From Octopus sinensis (Eukaryota): a stretch of DNA of 64,000 nt. Numbering within the stretch: the stretch's first letter is position 1; each line of letters starts with the position of its first letter. Where the stretch lies: contig NC_042997.1 of assembly GCF_006345805.1 (NCBI RefSeq), positions 186,558,001 through 186,622,000 of the forward strand. The letters are read 5' to 3'. Below, piece by piece: positions 25,151-37,149 of the stretch. A program made the translations under genes and the position numbers. A model generated the notes under the pieces. It was not told the origin of the DNA and searched no databases. It was given only the letters and a program-made list of their open reading frames with translations.

Positions 25151-25671
25151 TAAGTCACTCAGTGCTTATAGAACTAAGTCCATCTTGCTGGAAATAAGTA
25201 CCATAGAGTTGTACTAGTTTTCTGCTCCAGGTAGAAAACAACCATAATACGTATCTCATTAGCTTGGCATTCTGAGCGCAACTCTTTCTCTGAATTTGTA
25301 GAAGCCAGGTTAATGACACGGTGACAATCATTTCAACCTGTCTTACCATTGGATCTACGTCAGGATTCTGATTTCATGTCACATTTATGCTGCATAAGAA
25401 GCCATTTACCATTAATCTTGACATAAACTAGGTATCTTTCACCAGCTTCACATCTGCCACAACCACCAGAAACCCCAAGAATAGAAGCCAGCATTGTTAT
25501 TGTCATTGATAAACAAATGAATTAATTAATTAATTACCAACTGAATATCATGGAATTATCATAATTAAAGAAATATCATAAACAATTATTAAAGAAAATA
25601 GGAGTAATTTAATTAATCTCTCTCGGCTTATACTTATGATAATTTCTTCTTACCAACTTCAGACTGTGCTA

Positions 25672-25953
25672 CAGGGTGTCCCAAAAGTCATTGATGGGTT
25701 TCAATTTTTAATAGCTTCCTTAAATTTACAAATAAATGTATGAAATTTTGATACAATATAAAGGACATAATGGAAATTAATAGGCCCAGGAGTGGCTGTG
25801 TGGTAAGTAGCTTGCTTATCAACCACATGGTTCTGGGTTCAGTCCCACTGCGTGGTACCTTGGGCAAGTGCCTTCTACTATAACTTCGGGCTGACTAAAG
25901 CCTTGTGAGTGGATTTGGTAGATGGAAACTGAAAGAAACCCGTCATATATATG

Positions 25954-25984
<31 letters not shown>

Positions 25985-26964
25985 GTGTGTGTATGTATAT
26001 GTTTGTGTGTCTGTGTTTGTCCCCACAACATCGCTTGACAACCGATGCAGTTCGGCAAAAAGAGACCGATAGAATAAGTACTAGGCTTACAAAGAATAAG
26101 ACCTGGGGTCGATTTACTCGACTAAAGGCAGTGCTCCAGCATGGCCGCAGTCAAATGACTGAAACAAGTAAAAGAGTAAAAAGAGAGAGTATGCCCAAGT
26201 CAAATTTTGCAACATCACTACATCACATACAAAAAATGATATTGTTTAATGGCAGCCATTTTCAGCTTCGTACGCCTGTGCTCTTTTCAAAACTTGCACC
26301 ATTACACCCTCAAGCATTTCAGACCCATCTCTTTGATTTCTCTATTGATGTTCTCCTATAGTTGCACCAGGGTCACTAGTTTGTTGACATAAACCCTCTC
26401 TTTCAATTATCCCCACAAGAAAAAATCCAGGCTTGTCAAGCCTGGGGAACATGAAAACCAGTAGACATTGCCATAGCAAGAGATTATTCTCTCCCCAATG
26501 TGCTGCCATAGCAACCGCATTGTTTCTCTTGCGGAATGAGAAGTTGCTCCATCTTGCTGGAACCATGTGTGAGGTCTACTTTGAATGGCTTTCACATTCC
26601 CCAGACTTGACAAGCCCAGATTTTTTCTTGTGAAGATACTTAAAAGAGAAGGGTACGTCAACAAATCAGAGACCCTGGTGCAAAGGAAGGAGAACATTAA
26701 TAGAGAAATCAAAGACGTGGGGTTTGAAACTTTCAAGGATGTTATGGTGCAAGTTTTGGAAAGAGCACAGGTATGCAAAGCCGAAAATAGCAGCCATTTA
26801 AGGGATGTCATTTTTCATGTTTTGTAGAGGTGCTGCAAAATTTGACTTGTGCATATTAATTTCCAATATGTCCTTTATATGGTATCAAAATGTCATGCAT
26901 TTATTTGTAAAGTTAAGGAAGTTATTAAAAATCAAAACCCATCGGTGACTTTTGGGACACCCTG
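25672..26964. mobile_element. Fold-back Tc1/mariner-superfamily derivative with transposase C-terminus on both arms
   Basis: Ends CAGGGTGTCCCAAAAGTCA / TGACTTTTGGGACACCCTG; minus strand FQQDGATSH...SPGLTSLDFFLWG, plus strand SPDLTSPDFFL..YLK. Confidence 0.88.
25783..26190 (+). mobile_element. SINE family A inserted in the left arm of the fold-back element
   Basis: Full head-to-tail copy interrupting the arm between GGAAATTA and TATGCCCAAGTC. Confidence 0.9.
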
Positions 26965-27084
26965 CATTAGAGGAATGAAAACAGAAATGAAGAAGAAATT
27001 TTAATGTCACAAATAAAGTAAATGATGCTTGAATGGACAACACATGGAGATGTAGTGAGAGAAGAAACATCAGAAAGTGTGCTT

Positions 27085-27752
27085 ATAAGGCGGTGAGCTG
27101 GAAGAAACGTTAGCCCGCCAGTTGAAATGCTTAGCAGTATTTCGTCTGCCACTATGTTCTGAGTTCAAATTCCACCAAGGTCGACTTTGCCTTTCATCCT
27201 TTTGGGGTCGATAAAATAAGCACCAATTATGCACTGGGGTCGATGTAATAGACTTAATCCGTGTGTCTGTCCTTGTTTGTCCCCTCTGTGTTTAGCCCCT
27301 TGTGGGTAGTAAAGAAATAGGTATTTCGTCTGCTGCTACGTTCTGAGTTCAAATTCCACCGAGGTCAACTTTGCCTTTCATCCTTTCAGGGTCGATAAAT
27401 TAAGTACCAGTTATGCACTGGGGTCGATGTAATCGACTTAATCCGTTTGTCTATCCTTGTTTGTCCTCTCTGTGTTTAGCCCTTTGTGGGTAGTAAAGAA
27501 ATAGGTATTTCATCTGTCCTTGTTTGTCCTCTCTGTGTTTAACCCCTTGTGGGTAGTAAAGAAATTGGTATTTTGTCTACCGTTACATTCTGAGTTCAAA
27601 TTCCACCGAGGTCGACTTTGCCTTTCATCCTTTCAGGGTCGATAAATTAAGTACCAGTTATGCACTGGGGTCGATGTAATCGACTTAATCCGTTTGTCTG
27701 TCCTTGTTTGTCCCCTCTATGTTTAGCCCCTTGTGAGCAATAAAGAAATAAG
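27085..27752 (+). mobile_element. SINE family B tandem array (one full unit, two 5'-trimmed units, one short partial)
   Basis: TTCTGAGTTCAAATTCCACC.AGGTCGACTTTGCCTTTCATCCTTT..GGGTCGATAAATTAAGTACCAG three times; core resembles the Meta/MESC SINE domain (from recall, unverified). Confidence 0.88.
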
Positions 27753-27932
27753 AAAGTCTGCTGCCACAAATAAGTATTGAACAGCATCAACAAAGCTAAA
27801 AGAAGCTTTAACTCCTTTGTATTTAAACCAGCAGCACCTGGCCCACATATTCTACCTTTTTGTGTTCAAACTGGCCAGATCCAGCATCTCACTCCTACCC
27901 TACAATGTCATTCTAAAAATGAACTACTACAG

Positions 27933-28275
27933 ATATGGCTGTGTGGTAAAAAGCTGCTTCCCAACCACATGGTACCAGGTTCAATCCCACTGTGTCACAC
28001 CTTGAGCAAGTGTCTTCAACTATAGTCTCTGGCTGACCAAAGCTTTGTGAGTGGATTTGGTAGGTGGAAACTAAAAGAAGCCCATCGTATAAGTGTGTGT
28101 CTTTGTGTCTGTGTTTGTCCCCATTACTGCTTGACAACTGATGTCAGTGTGTTTACGTCCCTGTAACATAGTGGTTCAGCAAAAGAGACTGATAGAATAA
28201 ATACTAGGCTTAAAAATAAATCCTGGGGTCGATGTGTTCAACTAAAACCACTTAAGGTGGTGCTCTAACATGGGC
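27933..28275 (+). mobile_element. SINE family A, diverged
   Basis: Match to family. Confidence 0.8.
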
Positions 28276-28539
28276 AGGGATGTTACTAAAATGGTGATGG
28301 TGTCATGGGTCCTGCTTTGGTTAATCGTTTTAAGTAATTTAAGCACCAAATTATAGCGTTTTATGCAGTTTCTCATATTTCCAGCTATCCTTATACTCTT
28401 GGAATCAACTCTTGAGGTTGACTGACACTTGCAGAAGAGAAAATTATGACAAACATGTTAAATCCATCAGATAACATTAGTAATTTACAAAATAATAAAA
28501 TATTAATAATAATAATAATTATTATTATTATTATTATTA

Positions 28540-28930
28540 TTATTTCTTTATTGCCCACAAGGGGCTAAACATAGAGGGGACAAACAAGGACAAAGAGATT
28601 AAGTCGATTACATCGACCCCATTGCATAACTGGTACTTAATTTATCGACTCCAAAAGGATGAAAGGCAATGTCGACCTTGGCGGAATTTGAACTCAGAAC
28701 ATAAAATATAATAATAATAATAATAATATAATAACAATCCTTTCTATTATGGGCACAAGGCCTGAAAATTTGGGGAAAGGATTGGTCAATTACATTGACC
28801 ACAGTACTCAACTGGTACTTAGTTTATCGACCCCAAAAGGACGAAAGGCAAAATCGACCTCAGAACATAAAGACAGACGAAATGCTGCTAAGCATTTTGC
28901 CCGGCATGCTAACGGTTCTGCCAGCTCATC
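28540..28930 (-). mobile_element. Two SINE family B copies
   Basis: AAGGATGAAAGGCAA.GTCGACC motifs; head CATGCTAACGGTTCTGCCAGCTC. Confidence 0.8.
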
Positions 28931-28934
28931 ACTT

Positions 28935-28988
28935 TAATAATAAACAATAATAATAACAATAACAATGATGATGATGACTGCAGTAATA

Positions 28989-29024
<36 letters not shown>

Positions 29025-29074
29025 TAATAATAATAATAATAATAATAATGATAATAATAATGATAATAATGATG

Positions 29075-29150
<76 letters not shown>

Positions 29151-29327
29151 ATATAATAATAATAATAATAATAATTATAATAATAATAATAATGATAATA
29201 ATAATAATGATAATAATATAATGATAATAATAATAATAATAATAATGATAATAATAATAATAATAATATATAATAATAATAATGAATAATAATAATAATA
29301 ATAATAATGATAATAATAATAATAATG

Positions 29328-29375
<48 letters not shown>

Positions 29376-29613
29376 TAATAATAATAATAATAATAATAAT
29401 ATAATAATGATAATAATAATAATAATATAATGATAATAATAATAATAATGATAATAATAATAATAATAATAATGATAATAATAATATAATAATAATGATA
29501 ATAATAATAATAATATAATAATAATAATAATAATGAATAATAATAATAATAATAATGATAATAATAATAATAATAATAATAATATAATGATAATAATAAT
29601 AATAATAATAATG

Positions 29614-29664
<51 letters not shown>

Positions 29665-29665
29665 G
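28935..29665. repeat. (AAT)n microsatellite, ~730 bp
   Basis: Direct reading. Confidence 0.97.
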
Positions 29666-29962
29666 TAAAAATGCAATAATGATAAAGTCTAAAGAAATTT
29701 GAAATTTCGTTTTGTGTACGTAGCATTATCTTTGTGTTCAGACAGCAAGTCAGTTTGACCCAACCCTTGGAAATCTTAAAAATCACCATTATGCGCATTA
29801 AGACGATAATGCCATACCATCAATTCTTTCTTTTCACACTTGCTTCATTCGCAAATACTTTATTTCGGGAACAAATTTTACACAAAGAACTAAATAAATT
29901 AACAGAACAGAACTTAATCAAAAAACATAACGTCAACACGAATAATAATAACAACAAAAATA

Positions 29963-30005
<43 letters not shown>

Positions 30006-30990
30006 CTTTTATAATAATAACAACAACAACAATAGTAATAATAATAATCATGATGATGATGATGATTATGATAATGATAATGATAATTAAAAAGATTTTT
30101 ATAAAATCATTGCATAACATGGTATTCATATTTCTCATTAACTGAAAATTCCTAAATTGTTGAAAGGAATGAATTTAAATCCTACGGGAACCATTTTGAG
30201 TAAAGACAAAAAAAAAGCCCCCCCACCAAACAAAAAAAAGAAAATATAGAATTTTTCAGAATTTTTCAAAGGTGAAGAGTAAAATAACAAAAATTAAAGA
30301 TATCCCCACCCCCCTTACAAAAACAAATACAATTTAACAGCAATTTTTAAAAGTAACCGGAACAAAATTTACATATTTCAATGAAAATTCTTTTCAGAGA
30401 AGTATTTAGATATATCTAATGATATTAAAATTGAACAAAATTCACAGTAATAATACAACGGCAGGGTTGAATATGTTTTCATAGCCTACCAGATTTGACA
30501 AAAGGAAAAAAAATCAATACAGACTTAATAAACTGACATATGTATGTCTACATATACATATGTATGCATGTGTCATTATTCGGGTTTAATTCAAGATTTC
30601 TTGCCAATTGAGAAAGAACTGATTTCTAACTTAGATCCAAGGCTTCTTCATTGGAATTTAACCATAAATAACAAGGTATGTATGTATGTATGTATGTATG
30701 TATGTATGTATGTATGTATGTATGTATGTATGTATGTATGTATGTATGTATGTATGTATGTATGTATGTATGTGTATGTCCTTATTCAGTTTATTTCAAG
30801 ATTTCTTGCCAATAGAGGAAGAATCGGATTCTAACCTAGATCCAGGAGGTATTTTTGTATATTTTTGTACAAGGTATTTTTGTATGTATGTATGTATGTA
30901 GGGGGATAATTCACAAAAAAAAAAAAAAAGTTGAAGACAGGTGGTGTAGACAACAGATGTATTAGTTTAATGCTCGGGAAGTGAAAAAGT

Positions 30991-31026
30991 CATTGACATT
31001 TCGAGCCTACACTCTTCCACAGAAAG
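30991..31026 (-). ncRNA. Hammerhead-like motif, second family, degenerate copy
   Basis: CUUU-CUGUGGA-A-GAG-[UGUAGG]-CUC-GAA-AU/GU-C-AAUG. Confidence 0.4.
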
Positions 31027-31592
31027 GAACAAGGAGAGAAAATAAAGAATATGTAGTGGCTAGTGATCTATGTATGTATGTCATGTATGTCATATATGTA
31101 TGTATGTATGTATGTATGTCATTATTCGTTTATTTCAAGATTTCAAGCCAATAGAGGAAGAGCCAATTTCAAACCTAGATCCAAGGCTCCTTCATTGGAA
31201 TTTCAACATCAACAACAGGGTATGTATGTATGTATGTATGTATGTATGTATGTATGTATGTATGTATGTATGTATATATGTATGTATGTACGTATGTATG
31301 TATGTATGTACGTATGTATGTACGTATGTATGTATGTATGTATGTATGTATGTATGTATGTGTATACCATTATTCAGTTTATTTCAAGATTTCTTGCCAA
31401 TAGAGGAAGAATCAGTTTCTAACCTAGATCCAAGGCTCCTTCAGTGGAGGTATTTTTGTATATTTTTGTACAAGGTATTTTTGTATGTATGTATGTATGT
31501 AGGGGTATAATTCACAAAAAAAAACAAAAGATGAAGACAGGTGGTGTAGACAAACAGACGTATTAGTATAACGCTCGGTAAGATGAAACAGT

Positions 31593-31628
31593 CTTTAACG
31601 TTTCGAGCCTATGCTCTTCCACAGAAAG
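31593..31628 (-). ncRNA. Hammerhead-like motif, second family (A6U core variant)
   Basis: CUUU-CUGUGGA-A-GAG-[CAUAGG]-CUC-GAA-AC/GU-U-AAAG: all three stems pair. Confidence 0.55.
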
Positions 31629-32194
31629 GAACACAGAAAGAAACAAGGAGAAAAAATAAAGAATGTGTAGTGGCTAGCGATCTATAAATGTATGTATTTA
31701 TGCATTTATGTGTGTATGTATGTATGTATGTATGTATGTATGTATGTATGTATGTATGTGTGTGTGTATGTATGTATGTATGTATGTATGTATGTATGTA
31801 TGTATGTATGTATGTGTGTGTGTATGTATGTAAGTGTATGTCATTATTCTGGTTTATTTCAAGATTTCTTGCCAATAGAGAAAGAGTCAGCTTCTAACTT
31901 AGATTCAAGGTTCCTTCATTGGAATTTCAACAGCAGCTGGGTATTTTCAAATTATGTATGTTATTCAATTTTTTTTCAACATTTCTTGCAAATAAAGGAA
32001 AAGTCAGTTTCTAACTTAGATCCAAGACTCCATCATTAGAATTTTAACAACATCAACAGGGTATTTTTGCATGCATGCAAATATATGTGCAGTACTTGGA
32101 GTTAGTGTATGTGCAGATTTGTATGTTTTGTTTTATGTATGTATTATCATGCATATAGTTGCACATCTAGAGATGCACATATTTATGTATATTC

Positions 32195-32486
32195 TTTTGT
32201 TTCAGTCATTTGACTGCAGCCATGCTAGTTCACTGCCTGTTGTCGAGCAAATCGACCCCAGGACTTATTCTTTGTAAGCCTAATACTTATTCTATTGGTC
32301 TCTTTTGCCGAACTGCTAAGTTACGGGGATTTAAACACACCAGAATTGGTTGTCAAACAATGGTGGGGGGACAAACACAGACAGAAAAACATATACATAT
32401 ATACATGAGCCTGGTGCAGCCATCTGGTTCGCCAGTCCCCAGTCAAATCGTCCGACCCATGCTAGCATGGAAAGCGGACGTTAAAC

Positions 32487-32519
<33 letters not shown>

Positions 32520-32528
32520 ATATATATG

Positions 32529-32600
<72 letters not shown>

Positions 32601-32869
32601 ATATTTATATATATATATAAAAATTGTGAAGCATGACTGTCACCACTACTACATGAACCTGAAGATTGTCGAATTTAATGCATTAAAGTACTAGTTCAAT
32701 CAGAATGAAGATTTAACATTCTATTATTTTATTTTATTTTATTATATTATATTATCTTATATTATATCATTATAAGATTGTAAATAAAATGTGAAAATCA
32801 GACAAGGTTGGAACTTCTTTTATTAATATATTCTTCTATACACAATCACACACACCCGTATATATATAT

Positions 32870-32934
<65 letters not shown>

Positions 32935-33194
32935 ATTTATATATATATATAAAAATTGTGAAGCATGACTGTCACCACTACTACATGAACCTGAAGATTG
33001 TCGAATTTAATGCATTAAAGTACTAGTTCAATCAGAATGAAGATTTAACATTCTATTATTTTATTTTATTTTATTTTATTATATTATATTATCTTATATT
33101 ATATCATTATAAGATTGTAAATAAAATGTGAAAATCAGACAAGGTTGGAACTTCTTTTATTAATATATTCTTCTATACACAATCACACACACCC

Positions 33195-33240
<46 letters not shown>

Positions 33241-33378
33241 GACGGGCTTCTTTCAGTTTCCATCTACCAAATCCATTCACAAGGCTTTGGTCAGCCTGAG
33301 GCTATAGTAGAAGACACTTGCTTAAAGTGCCATGCAGTGGGACTGAACCTGGAACTATGTGGTTGGTAAGCAAGCTAC
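32195..33378 (-). mobile_element. SINE family A split at its internal microsatellite (3' half 32195-32400; 5' half 33238-33378)
   Basis: Halves are separated by a family C 3' fragment (32405-32516), (TA)n tracts and a duplicated unique segment. Confidence 0.8.
32600..33200. repeat. Near-identical tandem duplication of a ~260-bp unique segment bounded by (TA)n
   Basis: AAAAATTGTGAAGCATGACTG...CACACACCCG at about 32618-32858 and 32951-33195; the only difference seen is one extra ATTTT. Confidence 0.92.
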
Positions 33379-33384
33379 CCAGAA

Positions 33385-33652
33385 AATTTTAGAAATTTTT
33401 ATAGTTCTATAGACAGCATGGATCTGAAGGTCTTTGAATCAGTTTTCTCCTTTCTGGTTTTGAGATCTAATTTCTCAAGAGTAGTACTTAAACAGTGTGT
33501 TACATGTCCCAGCCCCCCCAATAATTACAGGTATAGACCTGAACTTGTAATCTAGGTAAAGTAACTGTAGATTTCTCAATAGTTCAGCATAAGTATTTTC
33601 ATTTTTGCTGATCTTTAATCTTATGTTAACATCCATCGGGCAGCTGATTTCC

Positions 33653-33656
<4 letters not shown>
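33385..33656 (-). mobile_element. 3' fragment of a second RLE-endonuclease non-LTR retrotransposon
   Basis: EISCPMDVNIRLKISKNENTYAELLRNLQLLYLDYKFRSIPVIIGGAG...LQIHAVYRTIKISKIF fits RLE C-termini of R2/R4/NeSL-type elements. Confidence 0.7.
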
Positions 33657-33683
<27 letters not shown>

Positions 33684-34137
33684 TGTATGTATGTATGTAT
33701 GTATGTATGTATGTATGTATGTATGTGTGTGTATGTGTGTGTGTGTGCGCGTGTGTGTGGTGTGTATGTGTGTGTGTATGTATGTGTGTGTGTGTGTGCG
33801 TGTGTGTGTGTGAGTATGGAGGAGGCATGTATGCTTACGTAGAGATACTGTTAAAGAGTTTTTCACCTGGGGAAAATTTCATCGACTCCAACCAACTTCT
33901 GTTCTATTTGATCTTGATTTGATACGAATATCAAGAAGAATAATGTTGAGATTAATGCAATGCTAGTACAGAGGACTAGATTCTTCAAATGCTACCAAGA
34001 TTGATTTTTGTCTTTCATCTCTACCATTTGCTAAAGTAAATATACCTGTGTGATAACTGAGTATGATTAAATTAACTTCAATATTCAACAATCAATCTAC
34101 CTATCTATCTGTCTTTTTATCTGCCCCCCTCTCTCTA

Positions 34138-34216
<79 letters not shown>

Positions 34217-34407
34217 ATGTCTATATGTATGTATGTATATATGTATGTGTATGTGTGTTTGTGTATGTGCATATATATATTTATCTGTCTATCCCTCTTT
34301 CTACCTATCTATATTTATATCTATATCTATTTATATATATAATTATATATAACTATACATACACACTCACACACACACACACATATCTGATTATCTATCT
34401 ATCTGTT

Positions 34408-34473
<66 letters not shown>

Positions 34474-34764
34474 TGTTGTGTAATATATAGATTTATAGAA
34501 TTGCGTGGCTATCAGAAAAAGCTCCTCTAGCAGACTTGGCTACCAGACCACATAGTAATCTTATACAGAGGAGTATGAAGTAGAGTTCCATGCAGCTGAA
34601 ATCCAAGAGATACAATCAATAAGATTATTTCATAAGGAGTATATAACACACAAAAAATCAGGAGGTGTGAGAGATGAATATATTCAGGATGACAAGTGGT
34701 TAAATAAATATATTCACCTCACATATTTATACAAACATATATACATATGTGTATGTGTATATAG

Positions 34765-34840
<76 letters not shown>

Positions 34841-34860
34841 TGATAGATAGATAGATATAA

Positions 34861-34901
<41 letters not shown>

Positions 34902-34904
<3 letters not shown>

Positions 34905-35372
34905 GGTGCAGTGAATAAACTGTCATCTAAATTATGCAAAAATGAAAATAACACTGTGACATCACATTTTAACAGATACATTTACCAAAATTACATAGAA
35001 ATATCTTGAAATACTAAAGAGTGAATTTATTCAATAAAATTCCCATTGGCTTCAACCATGGCTTCCAGACGTCTTTGGAATCTCCCGCAACTCTCCTGGA
35101 CAGTCTCCTTGTTTATGTTGGTGAATTCTCCCATAATCCTTGCCTTCAGTTCATCTTTGGTGTCACAAGGAGTTTTGTTGCTCTCTTGCTCAACTGTGCC
35201 CCACACATAATAATAAAGGTGGTTGCAGTCTGGTGAGTTAGGTGGCTAGATGTTAGGGGTGGTGTGGTTACAGAAATTGTCTGACAGCCATGACTGGGCT
35301 CTCCTGCTTGTGAAGCACGATGCAGCGTCCTATTGCCAGACATAGGATCTTCCAGCAACCCCACTACCTCCT
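34902..35372 (-). mobile_element. Tc1/mariner-superfamily (maT/DD37D-like) 3' relic
   Basis: YVWQ*DAASCFTSRRAQSWL...PPNSPDCNHLYYYVWG...RFQRRLEAMVEANGNFIE*, with terminus CAGGGTG at 34902 after TA. Confidence 0.85.
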
Positions 35373-35374
35373 CA

Positions 35375-35470
35375 TATCACCAGACATTTTGGTCCATTGT
35401 CATCTCGTCTATGAAGCCCAATATCTTGAGATTAGCCCTCTCTACTTCACTTCATATCTTTCTTCCACAG
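35375..35470 (-). mobile_element. RTE-like LINE C-terminal fragment
   Basis: ERANLKILGFIDEMTMDQNVW, similar to the fragments at 39.5 and 54.4 kb. Confidence 0.45.
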
Positions 35471-37149
35471 ATGTCATTCACATTAGGTAATCAACACTTC
35501 TTTATACAGCTGTCTTCATTGACTCTTTCATTACTGTGTTTATTTTGAGATGCTCTTTGTTTCTTTCGATAAATTAAGTACCAGTTGCTTACTGGGATCA
35601 ATACAATCGACTGGACCCCCTCCCTCAAAATTTTGGGCCTTGTGCCTAGAGTAGAAAAGGTATACATGTGCATGAGTAATTGTGTGTGTGTGTGTGTGCC
35701 TGTGTATGCATGTACATAAATGCTTATGTATACCATTATCTTTATGGTATTCTTGACATTTGTGTATATGTCTGTTAGTGCTTCTGTCATTTGACATCAC
35801 ACAATCACAAAATAGTTTTAAAAGAAAATCACCATCATACAACTGGTGTCATTTGTTTTTCCAGTCTTTTGCCAAAAAAAAAGAAGAAAAACATGTCTGA
35901 CCATGAGAAAGCATTAAGTTTCTCAGAAACAGGTGAAGTTTTGTGACAGGAAGGGCTTCTAGCCTTAAAAAATCTGTCACAATGAAGCTCTATTTGTCCC
36001 ATGGAGACATAGAAAAGTAAATGTTAAAACAATGATGATGACAATGTTGACAATGCCAGTGGTAACCTTTAAAACAGTTCAAAAGCTGATCAGAGCCAGT
36101 ATAACCACAGGATTTCCAATGACTTTAAAGTGCTCGTCATACACATGAATATTATAGAAACGCCAGAGGTAAAAAGCTTTATTATGTGGGATAGAAAGTA
36201 AACCCAAAATGGATTAATTATATAATAAAAAACACAATAAGAATTTTTAATCAACTCACCATTGCAAATCAACCATTTAATCAAACACGATTGAGATTTA
36301 GAGGCATTAAGAGAGGGTTTGCAAATTTTGTAAATTTTGTAAAATTTTAAGCTTTCAACATGCATTCAGATTCTAAGGCAAAAGTTGATCAAGCGAATAG
36401 AAAACGGCTCAAGAATTTGCTTTACAGTTAGCTACAATAAAAGAACTTGCCTGAGACCATCCCTGGTTCTATGATACATGCTTCCTCTTTTTGAGTCATC
36501 TAAAATTAAAAACCTTTTAAAAATTTTTTTAATTTCATGTTAATTTATGTCTGAAGCACCAGCTTGATAATGACAAAAGTATGTTATTAAATTCTTCATT
36601 ATTTTCAAAAATAAATGAAACAAAGGTAGTGAATTCCAACAGAAATAGAGTAAAACAACTATTTAATGGTGCTGAAATTTGTCGATTCTGAAAGAAAATG
36701 CCTAAAGAACTTTTCTTTCAAGAATAGAATAGCTGCCAGTGAATTTAAAGTATTTAAAGATTGAATCACACCATTATTATGTTGTAAAGCTGTGGTTGTC
36801 AAATACCAGTGCTGTGTCCTTCCTCTCAGAAGTATTTGTACAGAAATTCTTTACCCTCTTATGCTCTCTTTCATAATTAGAAGACAAAATAAATTTTAAT
36901 GTTTGTCACCACTTCAGCATGGCTGTTCCGTTCAAATGGTTGTTACTGCGATTTTTTAAACCCAGGAGGACATTTCCTGTTGCTGGTTAATGATGCAACC
37001 TGCATCCAATATATTGCAAGCAGGGGAGTGCACCCCTACCATATTCTAGCAGTGGGGCCAGCAGACCAGCCTGGTTTGGGCTGTTTCTGCCCTTCCTCAG
37101 TACTGGACATCTCGTCTGCTAAAGATGGCAATAGCTCACTTCTGTTCAC

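Larger units (their letters stand above)
30572..32065. repeat. Compound tandem array: ~105-bp unit F (six full or partial copies), (TATG)n and a ~190-bp hammerhead-like unit (two copies)
   Basis: TTTATTTCAAGATTTCTTGCCAATAGAGGAAGA...CTAGATCCAAGG near 30580, 30790, 31125, 31375, 31850 and 31975; second unit at 30897-31065 and 31497-31685. Confidence 0.88.
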
